A stretch of 64,000 nt of DNA from Camelus ferus (taxonomy: Eukaryota), in NCBI RefSeq assembly GCF_009834535.1, contig NC_045698.1, positions 9,984,001 through 10,048,000 on the forward strand, in the 5' to 3' direction. The translations under genes and the position numbers were made by a program. Below the pieces are notes generated by a model. That model did no database searches. It was not told where the DNA came from and saw nothing but the letters and a program-made list of their open reading frames with translations. This document shows, in pieces, positions 50,231-63,651 of this stretch. Positions within the stretch are counted from its first letter, which is position 1; every line of letters starts with the position of its first letter.

Positions 50231-51562
50231 AGTAGTCCCTTTCACATTCAGTTCTGGTAGTATGGCAATTAGTCAGCTATTAAAGACTTAGCCATCTCTT
50301 GCAGTTGGATTGCCCAGTTACAATCTCTACTTTTTGGACATTCTGCCTCCTTTCCACAGCTTGTCTGTTACACTTCCTGCCTATAGTTACAGCCCACTTG
50401 TAGGTTTGGCCCTTTCCAAAACTTGGCATCACTAGAAGGGAGACTACAAGGAGCCCCAGACCAAAACTTAGCCTCAGGGCTGCTTTGGTTTGACTCTTAT
50501 TCTAGACACTGGGCTTTTTCGACTCTCCACTGAGTGCCTTTTCTGGTTCTGTGCAGTCCCTGCCCCAACAAGACAAGGATCGTCCTTGGCTCCTTCAGGT
50601 ACTCCAGGACCTGGACCTTTATACATCGACATGGGAGAGACTTGGGACTACACACCAGTTTATGTGTATGTGTGTGAGCCTGTGAATATATGTAAAAGTA
50701 ATTTACTGCTGAAAGTCTTCTGTTTCCTGGTTTCTAGGTGATGCCTCTCAAAAGAAGATATTAATTCTATCTGAACAGAATACTATCTGTGACTCCCTGG
50801 CTTCTCTTTGATATAGTTCAGTATTTTTGAACACTTATTACACAGCAGGAACTGAAATATGTAGGCAGTGAGATACAAGTAAGATAAACATGGCCCCTAC
50901 TCTCAAAACCCCACCAGTCAACCAATAAATATAATAATACAGTGGAAACTCTTGAATAGTAGAATCACAGATGTGCAAGGTATAGGCATCAGGGAAAGAA
51001 ATAGGACAAGAACATTTGTAAATGGTAAGTAGTTCTGAACAGAACTATGTAATTGTAGGTAAAGATGTTTAACTATGTATGTTGGGGGAGGTGTAAATTA
51101 GTGTTGATGGGTGAGTGGTACCCAGTGTATAAATTGGATCTATGCGTCTGATTTTTCTCTAACTCTGTTTCTTCCTAAAATGACCTGAAATCACACGGCA
51201 TTAAATAATTATTGCAATGAATGAATAAACACATATACAAAGGAGTCAATCATTGTATTTTATAAGCACATGGGATGCTTGTCCTCCCATTTTAAGTTCA
51301 TTTACTGAAGTAACTTCCAACTCTGAGTTCTTTTCCAATGACCCAGGCATGGAGATTTTGGGTTCCAAGTGTCATTTAAAGGTAAACAGAAAGTTCTGTA
51401 TTTGAATTAAAATACGGGGAATCATTTCATTCTCTGCCCATCCAGATCCTCCCTGTTCCTCTGGGTGACTGTGCCCATCATCCTTTGCGCCCTGGGCATC
51501 ACCACAATTTCTGAACTTCTTATTTCTGAACCCTTACTGCCTGGGCTCTCATTTGGCCACTT

Positions 51563-51703
51563 TTTTTTTTTTTTTTTTTTTTTTGATGAGGAGAGGTAAT
51601 TAGGTTTATTTATTTACTATTAGAGGAGGTACTGGGGATTGAACTCAGGACCTCACGCATGTTAAGCGTGCACTCTACCACTTAAGCTATACCCTCCCCA
51701 CTA
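51563..51703 (-). mobile_element. tRNA-derived camelid-type SINE
   Basis: Reverse copy with long poly-T; TSD catttggccactt at 51550-51562 and 51704-51716. Confidence 0.92.
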
Positions 51704-51834
51704 CATTTGGCCACTTCCTTGTCTTCCTTAACAAGCCTGTAAAATCACGGAGAACATGATATTTTGTCCTCATGCTTGGTGCATTGAAGTCTCTCCAGAA
51801 ACGTGTAGGAGTGGGGAAGATAAAGAGACAGAGG

Positions 51835-52670
51835 GAACACTTGAAGAGATGCTCAACATCAGTCATCAGTGAAATGCAACTCAAAACCACAATGAGGTAA
51901 CACTTCACACTAGAATGGCTAAAATAAAAAAGACAGACAATAACAAGTATTGATAACGATGTGGAGGTATTGGAAGCCTCCCCTATTGCTGGTGAGTCAA
52001 ATGGCAAATGGCAGATGGCACAGCCACTTTGGCAAACAGTCTGATAGTTCCTAAAAATGCTAAACACAGACTTCTCGCATAACCCAGTTATTTTATCCTA
52101 AGTGCAGACCCAAGAGACTGAAAATTAAAACTTGGACATAAATGTTCATAGCAGCATTATTCATAATAGCCAAATGGAACTAACCTAGATCATTGAATAA
52201 CATTTTATTATCTGGGAATACCACATTATCTATCCAACTGATGAATGAATAAACAAAATGTATTATATCCACACAACAAAAGATTATATGGTAATAAAAA
52301 GCAATGAACTATTAGTACATGCTAGAGCATAGGTGAATCCTAAAATTATAATGCTAAGTGCAAGAAGCCGGTCACAGAAGACCACATATTGTATAATTCC
52401 ATTCACGTGAAGTGCCCAGGATAGGCAAATCCACACCACAGAAACAGGAAGTAGATTAGTGGTTACCTAGGGTCGGGGAGAAGGGTGGGGGAATGATGAA
52501 TGACTCCTAATGAAAAGAGGTTTCTTTCTGATGTGTTGAAAATATTCTAAAATTGGATTGTGGTGATGGAGGCACAATTCCATGAATATATTAAAAATCG
52601 CTGAACTGTGTACTTTCAATGGGTGAATCTCGTATTATGTGTAATATAAATATCAATAAAGCTATAAAAA
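51835..52670 (+). mobile_element. Older L1 (L1MB-like) 3' end
   Basis: agatgctcaacatc...gaaatgcaactcaaaaccacaatgag...aaatgttcatagcagcattattcataatagccaa...tcaataaagct. Confidence 0.85.
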
Positions 52671-54244
52671 GAGAAAAGGAAATGCTTTATGAGACTTAAC
52701 GTCAAATCAGTTAGATACATTCTTGAATGTAAATACTCATGTTGTGAATGACACTCCCCCAACAGAAGTCGGCCTCATATGAGCAGCATTTTTCCGAAGG
52801 CGACAAATTTCCTTGTTTCACTCACTCTGGGAATTAAAGTCTTGAATTTAATAGATATGAAGAAGTCACTAAGTTCAGAAAATTATCCATAACAACACAT
52901 ATGGATTTGGTGAGAGTGACTGAATTCAGTCCATGGAGTGAAAACTAAATATAGTTGACAATAGACTTGACTTAAGCATAATTATACACCCAAATGACAA
53001 TGATACAGCGCAGGAGGAAGTGAACTTCAAGTTAGTAACTTCTGGCTTCCGCATTAGGAACAACGTGAGGGCTGGTTCTGGAGCGTGTTTCTGCGCATCC
53101 CGTGGCGCTCTTGCCTCGATCTGGTTGGTTGTCAGATGTCACTTTCTGGTTGCAGAACCTCTGTTATTTGCAGAAATTAGCCTCTGCTCAAACTTTACTT
53201 ATCCTCTAGGACCTAATCAGTGGCATGCCTAAGCCATGAAATCCAAAAGGGTCTACTGATAATTTCTTCCTGCCCCTAAGTGGCTTCTGTGTCTCTGTGT
53301 GCACATGCTGGTCCCAGAGCTTCCTTCTGTCCTTTTAGGTCCTGCATTCTACCCTGTGCTGAAGCCTGTACGATCCTTCTGCCTTGGGCAGGAAGAGTGA
53401 TTTAACTCAGCCTGCCTTGGAATCTTTGACTGGGGTCTCCTTTCAGATGTCCCTGGAAAGGCACTAACACCTCGGATGTTAACCTCGGATGATAATTGCT
53501 TAGGTTGCCCTCCAGTGCTTGGGACAGAGGGGACAACTGGGTTGCTGTATGGGCATCCTTTTTCTCCTTCCTCCCACCCTCTGTTTCTCCCTGATGCCAT
53601 TCTTTCAGGGTGCTTGATTCTCCAGAGCCCCCATGTTTGCCCCAAGAATTCACACCTTGAATTTTGCCTTAAGCTTTTGGAATGAAAGCAGAGAACTGAA
53701 CACAGTCTTATTAGTCAAAAGGAAAGGGAAGGAGAATGGAAATCAGAGGACTTTTCAGGACCATAACAATTAACATCCCCAGAGCAAAAGCAGATTTCAA
53801 GACTTGGGGTCAAGACAACCTACTCTGCTCTGCAACTGTCTAAATGCTGATGGCAAAAAATTTCAGCTGAGCTGAGTGGTTCCACTACAAATCTATGTTT
53901 TCCATCTCACAGCTGGGTTCTGAATGCATCTTGACAATGATTTTCCTAATCACCACATGATTTCCTTTCCATCCCTCTCTGCAGCTGTTACAAGCCTTCA
54001 CCATTCTCCCAGTTCCCCACCCCCACCCCTACCCTCTTCCTTCCCTCTCAGTGGATTTCACCTTCAGCAAAAAGGAGACACCATGGGCTGTGACCTTCGT
54101 CAGCATCCCTTCCTTTGGCTCAATGTCCCTTTCTCTGCTAAGAGTTGGGTCACCATTTTTCCTTCTGGTCTCTCTCGGGGAAGAGTCCTGAATACTACCA
54201 AAATCAGCCCTGCATCCCTTGTAGGAAAAACAGGTTAATGCAGA

Positions 54245-54420
54245 GAGATGGGGATTTGAGTTTTTGCAGCTGTGGGCAGGTGTTAACCTCTCTGTGCTTC
54301 AGTTCTATCCTCTATAAAACGGGATTAATATACAGCAATTGTAAGGACTTCATTCACTTTAATTCATCTTGGTAAAGAATTTAAAACAATGCCTGGCACA
54401 TAAGAAACCTTATTATCATT
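54245..54420 (+). mobile_element. MIR fragment
   Basis: ttaacctctctgtgcttcagttctatcctctataaaacgggattaata...aacaatgcctggcacataag. Confidence 0.7.
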
Positions 54421-56029
54421 GTGTAGTAATATGAATGTGTATTGTATTATGTATATTAATTAATGTGTAGTAATTACTGTGTGTTAATATCAATAATGGT
54501 TCATCATTATTTGTGAATCTTCAAAGGGGGAATGAATATCAGTTAGCTGCTGCCCGGTTTCTGATGCCCAGGAGCACCTAGGAAAGTTCATCAGGACAGT
54601 GTTCAACGGCACACCTGCACTGAAATTAACGTCTAGTTTCTCACTTGCCCTTTACCGCCAACTCCATCCGAAGTGATCTACAGTACAGCCCCTTCCTCCC
54701 GCCTGTGTTTCTCTCTACCCCTGTAATCTGTGCCCCCCGCCCCCACCCCCTCATAGCTCTGTAAAGGGCACATCTCTCCGACGAACCCCTAAAGAGCAAA
54801 CCCACAGAACATGTCTTGGTTCTTTTCCTACTTTACCACCACAGACTTGGCCACACTCATCATCGCATCCTCAAACTCCCTTCTACCTTGACCCATGGGG
54901 CATCATTCTCCTCCCTCTCCACCTCTGTCAGCAAGCTGTCCCTTCACTGGCTTTGCTATTTCACCCACCCCCCAAAATGTAGCTGCTGCTCTATACCTGG
55001 TCACCTTCCTTCACTCTTCTCTACCCTCCTTCATGGGTCTGGTGACCCTCCAGAACAGTGCTTCTGGGAGAGTCTGGTCGACATCTGCTGTTCCCCTTTC
55101 TCTCTCAAAAGTGTCTCAAGTTTGGACCACAAGTATGTATGTAGTCGCTCTGTCTATGAGGGGTTTCATCCTCTTTGCAGCTCCATCCCTAGCATCATCT
55201 CTGGGCCACAGTGATGGTGGCCAAGGGGATAGACAACAATCCACATCAGCTCCCCCTCCCTTCACAGGTGACTGACCTTTTCTTTGTCTTATGTAAGAAG
55301 CTTCACATGGTAGTCCCCTTGCCCTGTTTCCAGTTTGCTGCCCCTCCTTTATAGATATACTGGGACTGCCACTGAATGCAAGTGTCTCCCAAAATGACTC
55401 CCTGTCCATCCGTCCATCCCCTACCTCACCTTTAAGCCTCAGACCCAGCATTTCTAAGACTCTGATGGACAATGCTGATCACTAGTTCCCAGACACCCAA
55501 AACTCAGTAAGGACAAAACTGAAGTCCCTATCATCTCTCTAACTGGATCCTCCCCTAGCTCGTGTACCTACCCAACTCATGCCACAATCGAGGGGAGGTG
55601 GCCACCCCCACAGCCCTGCTAATGAGATAACAGGGATCATCTGGACCACAGAACCCCATGTGCCCCTCCACAACTGACCAGACCCAGGAGGTGGCTACCA
55701 AATCTAAAGGGAGCCAACCCATAGGCATTCTGTGTGGCCTTAGCCCTGGCTTGCCAAAGTCTTCTTTCAGGAACATGGAATTGGGATCCTGAAAGACTGA
55801 CTTATTTACCCACATGAAGAAACATCAGAGAGAGTGGCTCAGTCAAGGAAATAAGATGGATTGAAAGAAGGATAGAGGGATGCACAGAGGAGTAGCTACG
55901 TGACGTTGAGCAGCTCTTGGTGGTAACACATCAGTATTCAATGTCAAGCTGTTTCCGCTTTGTTGTATGTTTAAAACTGTCTATCATAAAGTGCTGGGGG
56001 AGGGGGGAAGGCCTCGGAAGGTGTCACTC

Positions 56030-56300
56030 CTTAAATAATGAATTTAATAAATACTTCTTGAATATTCACTCTGCTAAGTACCGAGGAGCCAGTGAGAACG
56101 GGAAACACGTTGCCTGCCCTCATGGAGTTTACAGTCTAGAGGGGGAGGCAGAATCCCATGTTAATCACACAAGTACATAATTCTGAACCAAGACAGGGGC
56201 TGTGAAGAAGAAGGAAGGGTGTAGTGAAGATTAGAACAGAGGGACCTGATTTAATAGCAGGGACACTCCCTTGAGAAAGCGACATTGAAGATGGCACCTA
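56030..56300 (-). mobile_element. L2 fragment
   Basis: atttaataaatacttcttgaata...ctgccctcatggagtttacagtctagagggg. Confidence 0.65.
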
Positions 56301-57274
56301 GAGCATCAGCAGGGTTAGCACATGAGCAGTGAGAGCAGGAAGCTGTCCAGGCAGAACCATGAGTATGGCCCTTTTTAGGAATGGAGACAGGCCCTGTGCG
56401 CTTAGAGGGCACGGAACAGGGGGACGTCCGCAGGGACCACGGCATACAGGGGCCACATCGTGCAAGCACTGGGAGGGAGAGATGTGGTTCCTGGGGGTGG
56501 GAGGGAAATGACAAGTTGAAGTCACTTACAGCCAGAGTCTGAGGGAGCAGAAAGGATGTACAAGCAGAAAGGGCTGATGAGGACAGCAGAGGCGGGATAA
56601 TGCAGCAGATGTGAAGGAAAATAGAAGCCATTTGTTATAGTTCATAGTCAGGGTGGGGCAGGCCATGAGCAGCCAGTACCTGGGGCAACCAGGGTTCCAG
56701 CTCCAGCGCTCATCTGAGAAGATCCTAAGAAGTAAACTGTCTTCTGCTGGTGCCAAACTAGAGCACGACATCACCAAGTATTCAGGCCCCCACGACCAAG
56801 CCTCTCCCACATCTCCTCACCTCCTCTCTCAACGCCGCATCCTGGGACCAAGCCCTGTTAGCCTGCATCCTTGAATCTGTGTTTTTGTTTTCTTTATCAT
56901 TTCCACCAGTGCCATCTCTACTTCTGTGTGCACCATTAATTCCTAGCCCAGTCGGGCTTCTGCCCTTTAACTTTACTGAACGAGTCTTTGCCTACCACCT
57001 CTTCATTGCTAAAACCTGTGGCTTCTTTTCAGTCCTTTTTCTACTTGTCTCTCAGGAGTTTTTAATTCTGTTGACCGGATTCGTCATCTCAAAATGGTTT
57101 CTTCCACTTCCAAGCCTCCTTACTCCTCTAGTTTTCCTTCTACCTCTCTTGCTCCCCTCTCAGTCCCTTTGTAAATTTTGTTTCCTCTGCTCGTCCCGTA
57201 AATGATTCTATCTCCACATCTCCCTATGAGACCCATGACTTCAGTTTCCTTCTTTTGTCCTCTAGGCTCTAGAG

Positions 57275-57933
57275 CAGTATTGTCCAGTACAATTTGATCG
57301 TTGTTATGGGTGAATTATATTCCCCCAAAAGATATGTTCGGGTTCTAACCCCCAATTCATGTGAATGTGCCCTTATTTGGAAATAGGATCTTTGTACATG
57401 TCATTGAGTTAAGATAAGGTCATACCAAATTAGGATGGGCTCTTAAATCCAATGGCTGGCGTCGCTGTAAGGAGAGATCTGGAGACATGTACTCAGGGAA
57501 TAATGAGGTCAGATGAAGATAGAAGCAGAAACTGGAGTGATGCGTGTACAGCTAAGGGATGCCAAGGACTGCTGGCAACACCAGAAGCTCAGAGAAAGTG
57601 ATAGAACAGATTCCCTCCCAGAGCCTCTAGAGGGAGCATGGCCAGCAGACACCATCATTTCAGACTTACGTACCCTCCAGAACTGTGAGAGAATGAATTT
57701 CTGTTGTTTTAAGCCACCTGGTTTGTGGTAATTTGTTACGACATCCTTAATACAGCATTGATGGAAATGTTATTTATCTGCCTTGTTCAACATGGTGGCT
57801 GCTAGCCATATGTGGCTACTGAGCACTTGAAATGTGACTGGTATGACTAAAGAACTGCAATTGTATTTCCTTTAAATTAATTTAAATTTAAATGGCAGCA
57901 CGTAACTGGCGGCCACCATCTTGGACACAGCAT
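57275..57933. mobile_element. MER3-like hAT MITE split by an MLT1 LTR
   Basis: cagtattgtcca start; resumes gatggaaatgtt...agccatatgtggctactgagcacttgaaatgtg...ttggaca; Charlie-type target ctctagag/ctctaggt. Confidence 0.75.
57302..57754 (+). mobile_element. MLT1B/C-like MaLR solo LTR
   Basis: tgttatgggtgaatta...ccccaaaagatatgtt...agaactgtgagagaatgaatttctgttgttttaagccacc...taataca. Confidence 0.85.
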
Positions 57934-58329
57934 CTCTAGGTCCACATATCAGCCGACGGCAGGGCACTTCCTCGTGGACGTCCCACGAGCAACCCAAACC
58001 CACTGAGCATGCCCACGACAAATGTCTTTCCCTCAAACTGCTCCTCCTTCTGTCTCACAGAAGATGCCTCTTTCACACGCCCAAGCCATGGGCGTCCTCC
58101 TGGGCTCCCCTTCTCCCCTGGCCCCAGATGAAGCAAGACTTCTGAGTATCTCCGCTCCTAGGATCACATGGTCCTTCCCGATCAGGCCCCTCCCGACTCC
58201 TCTGGCCACTGTCTCCTCCAAGGAGTCCTCACTGGAGCCCCCAAACTAGATTAGGTGCCCCTTTTCTGCTGAACTCTCCTGTTGCAGGAGGGCTAACACA
58301 ATGGAAATAACCCCCTTGTCTTGTCTGTC

Positions 58330-58426
58330 TGTCCATTACTGGCTGTTTCTACAGTACTTAGCACTGTGCCTGGCATATGGTGGGCACTCAATAAATACTT
58401 GATGAATGAATGAATGAATGAATGAA
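58330..58426 (+). mobile_element. L2 3' end with (ATGA)n tail
   Basis: agcactgtgcctggcatatggtgggcactcaataaatacttgatgaatgaatg. Confidence 0.8.
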
Positions 58427-59394
58427 TTAAAGGAACTAAACAGTACAGGTTGTCAGGGGAAATTGTTAGCATTGTTGCTAATTAGGGATACTAGAAAAAA
58501 ATAAAAGAGAGAATACATTAAAATTTGCTTTGGTGGCATCCAAGTGATACTGGTTACAGTTATTTATGTGAAATCTTACTTTTTATGCCTAATTACCATG
58601 CAGTAAAAGCAAGGATTATGTGCATCATTAGATGTGTCAGATCAACTTGGTTGGGTTTTATTTCATTATAACAGTGAATTATGCACATAAGCTCAGACCA
58701 CATAAATAACTGTGGATGGAGCTAGTTGTCTGTTCCCACCCTTGAAAAAGTTTCTTTCCTCTATTTCCAATTCCATCGTATCTGCCACATCAGGGGCACC
58801 ATGAAAATAAGTGATGGGAAGAGAAGTGGGTGATCACTTGTGACCGTGCAGAATACAAAGCAATTATGAGTTGATTGTGATGCTGATACTGTGGATATGT
58901 TATTCATCATTATAATGCACTTGACAGCCACAGAGGGTTTCATGAGCATCGTTTGATTTAATCATCTCATTAACCCTGTGGATAACTCTCAGAGTTTTAG
59001 TGATTTGTTCTAGTGTCCGGAAAATAGCCCATGTTAAGGCAAGTTTGGAAAGAATGGGGCTCAAAGTTACCTACATTTTAAATTACACTTGCCAAGGTTT
59101 GTATAAAGCATTTTTATACATATCTCATCAATAACACCCCAGTGATTTTGGTATTAGAGTTCTCTTTTTGCAGACAAGGCAACCGAGGGTCAGAAAGCTT
59201 GACTAACTTGCTCAAGGCCTAAAGAGTGGTAAACGATGATTTTTGAGCGTGGATTCTTTGGCTCGAGAACCCATATTTTTTTCCACTCTGCTTAGTTTAT
59301 GCCTAATGGTCCATGTTTAATCTGGAAAGTAGGAATAAAGACATCTTTCTAGGCAAGAGGTGCTGGGCTGTATCTGCAAGACAGCCCAAAGAAC

Positions 59395-59626
59395 AAGGCT
59401 CAGAATATTATCTACAACCCTGGAGGAGGAACTGAAAGTCCTTGACTTTGTTTAATGGCTAAATTATTATTTGGTTTTGCTTGACTTATTTCCCTTGCTT
59501 CTGCATTTTCTCATTTTTCTGATTAAATTTGTTCTTTGGCTAAAGTTTTTCTACAGACAGGAGGCAGGGGGAGGACCTTGGTGGGGGAGGTCTATCCTAG
59601 GAAGGCCTTACAGGTCCTGCTGAGTT
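59395..59626 (-). mobile_element. Partial ERV1-type LTR, same family as 35165-35790
   Basis: Reverse complement matches the 5' half of that LTR (tttagccattaaacaaagtcaaggac, tgtagaaaaactttagcc). Confidence 0.8.
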
Positions 59627-59764
59627 TTAAAGGCTTGGAAGAAGCAAGTGGAAAAGGTTTTAAACAGCTGCTCTGAGGGTCACCAAAGGAGCCAATCTAG
59701 GTAAAGTATGAGAATTTTTAAGCATTCCTGAAAGCCTGGCTGAAAAATATCTCTTATATTATAT

Positions 59765-60235
59765 GGTATATTAAAGATGGCCAAAAATTCTTTGGCCCTC
59801 CTCCCATTGAGAGGGGAATCTATTTCCACTTCCCTTGAATCTAATTGGCTTGTGATTGTATCGGACACTGGAGTGGGAAATCCATGCTGCTTGATTTCCA
59901 AGGGTAGGCTACAGGAGGCTTGATGTGTGTGCCGTAGTCTCTGGGAGCCCCCTCTCTGGGTGCTCTGAGCCGCCATGCTGAAGGACCAAGTGTTGGCACC
60001 CCAGTTGACAGTCCCAGCTGAGCCCAGCTTTCCAATCATCCCCCCTGAAGGGCAAGACACATGAATGATGGTGTCCTGGGCCCTCCAGACCAGCCTGTCT
60101 ACCACCCAGTAGCTTCAGTGAATGCCACATGGAGCAGAATAATTGCACAGCTGAGCCCTGCCTGAAATCCTTGCCCACAAAACTGTTCTAAACCAGCAAG
60201 TTTGGGGATAGTTTGGTACTCAGCAAAAGATAACT
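59765..60235 (+). mobile_element. MLT1F/H-like MaLR LTR
   Basis: aagatggccaaaaattctttg...cctcccattgag...cccttgaatct...agtttggggatagtttgg...agataact. Confidence 0.7.
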
Positions 60236-60356
60236 AGGGTATGCCCCAAGCTCATTTGGTAGTTTCCTTCTCTTCATGGTGCCAAACAAATAAACAGCCA
60301 AGGACCAGGCTAATACACAGTCAAAATGAAACAAACTGGTCTTTCCTAAGGCATTT

Positions 60357-60426
<70 letters not shown>
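60357..60426. repeat. (CA)n microsatellite, interrupted
   Basis: About 35 CA units with two interruptions. Confidence 0.97.
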
Positions 60427-60770
60427 AGATCCTGGCAAATGTGGACTTCAGACAAATAGTCTTTCAATGGATTGATTTGAAATATCACCCATAAAATAAT
60501 TTTGCCTTTGAAAGGTATCAAGCACTGATAAAAAGAAAATGTCTGTGAGGGTACAGCTGGGACAGATAAGATATTCTTTTCATCATTTCACCATCTCCAT
60601 TTTCAGCACCCAACAGCTTTTTGAGTGTTCAACTCTAATTTGAAGAAGAAACAAGAGAGCACATCTGTTCTCTCCCCTGTCTTGACACACATTTAATCAC
60701 ACCCAGATACGCAAGTTCTCCTCTCACGTTACTCCAGTTCACCTTCTGATGATGCTGACATGACAGGGGC

Positions 60771-60830
60771 ATTTTTTTTAATTGAAGTGTGTTTGATTTA
60801 CAGTGTTGTGATAGTTTCTGGTGTACAGCA
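60771..60830 (-). mobile_element. Very short L1 3' terminus
   Basis: tttttttaattgaagtg...tttctggtgtacagca. Confidence 0.75.
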
Positions 60831-60887
60831 CAGAAAGTGGCATGTTCTGAAGATCCATCACACAGTGTAAGTCAAGAACGCAGAAGA

Positions 60888-61175
60888 CCATCTACAAAAC
60901 AGACACAGACTTGCAGACATAGTAAACAATCTTATGGTTACCAGGGAAAGGGGGTTGGAGGGGATAAATTTGAGAGTTTAAGATTTACAAATGTTAGCCA
61001 CCACATATAAAAATAGATTTTAAAAAATTTCTTCTGCGTAGCACAGAGAACTATGTTCAGTATTTTGTAACAACCTTTAAATATAAAGAATATGTATGTA
61101 TTTGCATGACTGGGACATTGTGCTGTACACCAGAAACTGACACATTGTAATTGACAGTACATCAATTAAAAAATA
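60888..61175 (+). mobile_element. 5'-truncated L1 with TSD
   Basis: TSD aa(c/t)gcagaaga at 60877-60887 and 61176-61186. Confidence 0.88.
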
Positions 61176-62917
61176 AATGCAGAAGAGGTAAGTAGATGGG
61201 GTGTGAGGACTCTGTGGACAAAACAGTTCCCCAAACTGAGCCATCAACCCAGCACAAATGCTGCAGCTGTTTCAAAGGCACCCGCAGTATTTCTCACACG
61301 GCAGTTCATATCGGTGATGTCAGACTTTTTTCTTAAACAAAAGTGAAATGTGAGAAGGTGAAAAATTACACAATGGTTGGAAGATGTTTTCTCTTGTTTT
61401 GGGAACTGTACTCTTAGCCGACTACATTTTTCCACACCAGGGGGACCTGGATCTCCCCCGGGTCTGTGAAAGTCGACATTTCTTTACCAAAACCTCCCCA
61501 TTGGCTCCCTGAGTTCTTGGTCATCTCACCACCCTGTCCTGCAAGTCACTGAGCAGGGAAAATGACTCACAGCCTCTAAAGAAAACTGAATTCATTGAAT
61601 TAGACGTTGGAAAAGAGCCTAAGTGAGTCACCGTATTCCTCACCCTGCCTGGGGCAGCGCCACACCTACATCACTCCAGCCAGAAGAGAAGGAGCCAGGT
61701 TTTTAATAAGCTGGTTGGAGAAGGATCATTTACAACAATAATAACCCCCTTCCTATGTGCACCTATATCCGCACCCCAACAATGAGGCATTGCAAAGTTG
61801 GACCCCAAAGCATACGCAAAAGAGCAGAACTATGCAACGCGAGGAGCCCAGCTCATACGGAGCTTTTGTACAAATGAGGAAAAGTGGTCCCTGGGGGCAA
61901 AGAAATTAGGGAAAGCCCCCCTTCACCTCCCCGTCCCGGGGCAGAAGCTGCCCACAGCCTGCGTGCAGAGCTGGGGAGGCTGAGGAGTGGATTCGCTCCA
62001 CTCCCAACTCCTCTCCCTGCTCCTGGGCAGCGAACAACCCCAGGACCACGTGCAGTGGCCTGAGAAGAAGTAAATGGAACTTTCATGCCTCTCTCTCCCT
62101 TTTCCTGGTCAAATCTATCTTTCCCTACATTTACCCCCATGGTTCCTATTGCTGACACTTGGTAACACTAATTTTTTTAATTTGTCACCCCCTCCTAATA
62201 AATCTGAGGGCTGACAGGTAATGTCTCTTCATCCCACTGGGTCCCTGGCAGGTGCTCAACCCCTCACTAAAGGAATGAATGACTCTGGGAAAGAATGAAC
62301 CCAGCCTTCCAACAGTCCCATCTCATTTTTCCCTCGCTCTAAGTGGAAAGGAGGAGTCTGATCTCACCTCCACTGAGGGAAGACCCAACCAGTACACATT
62401 TTGTTCTCCAGAGCAGAATTCTAGGTTGGAAAGGGGAATTCTTGAACACGGGGACCACTGTGGCCATGAGATCTGAGTCCCTTGCTGGCGCCATTTTACT
62501 TCTGCGCCCCTCCTGTTTGGATGTCATTCCAGAGCCAACTCTCTCACCAAGTAGCACCTTAGACTAGACCATCAAGAAGAGGGGCACATCCTTTCTAACC
62601 CCTCAGAGCCCTCTTACAGAAAGGGAGGGGGCTGCCTTTCCGGCTCCAATGGTCACAGCCGCCTTTCTTCTTGGGGACGATACTGGAATCAGAGCAGAGC
62701 CACCGAAACCACTTACCCAGGGCAGGGCCACTCCCCAGCCTGGCATTATTGACATCCTAACAGGCCACAGAGACAGCTGCCAAATGAACCCACCGCTTTG
62801 ATATGAGGAGCCGCCTGTCAACAGCCAAGCCTGAGGTCAGAAACTGAAATGTCTGAGGGCCCGTCCAGCAGTCCCCATGGTGTCTGTCATTGTTATTATT
62901 TGTTGTTGACATTTAAT

Positions 62918-63148
62918 TGTGTGAGTCCATTTACATGAAAGATCCAGAATAGGTAAATCCACAGAGATGGAACACAGATTGGTGGGTACCAGAAGCTGGG
63001 GGGAGGGACTACCCAATGAATATGGGGGTTTCATTTTCCAGTGATGAAAATGTTTTAGAACTAGATAGAGGTGGTGGTTATATAACGTAAATGAACTAAT
63101 GCCACTGAACTGTCCATTTTAACATGGTTAATTTATGCTATGTCAATT
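62918..63148 (+). mobile_element. Older L1 (L1MB-like) 3' UTR fragment
   Basis: tccatttacatgaaa...aggtaaatccacagaga...gatgaaaatgttttagaactagatagaggtggtggt. Confidence 0.75.
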
Positions 63149-63651
63149 TCAAAAGCAAAAACACAAACAAAAGCCAAGGGACTTCTATCAGATTTCTGGC
63201 TTCACTTGAGAAACCCGAAGATCTGAAGTGCTGGCCTCATCCCCACATGGCAACAATCAGCTGGCGCAGAGCAGCGGCTGCCGAATTGAGGGAGCGGAAC
63301 TTGCCCTCCACGTTGTCCTTCACCTGGGCTTCCTCTGAGCTGGTGACCCCTGCCCCTACCCACAAGGAAGCTACTGATGTTCCACAGAGACCAAACAGAG
63401 TCTCCACTGAGCTGCCATCTTCGGGCACATGTGAAGTGAGATCATAAGGTAAGATGTGAGAACAGAGCTGGGGGAGACAAACAGGAAGAGGCCAGGAGGC
63501 TGTGACCAGGGAAACAGACACCAGACAAGTAAGGACCTGTGCGTTCTGGTCACTCTGGCTGGAGAAGCATCTCCTCCACCCTCCCAGCCCCTGCATCCTC
63601 TTACTCTGCTTTGATTTCCTTCCCAGCTCTTATCACTACCTGGCTTACTAT

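Noticed and set aside
6993..51703. tRNA-like sequences with A and B boxes
   Set aside because: Seven diverged copies with A-rich tails and mostly clear TSDs; these are SINEs, not tRNA genes
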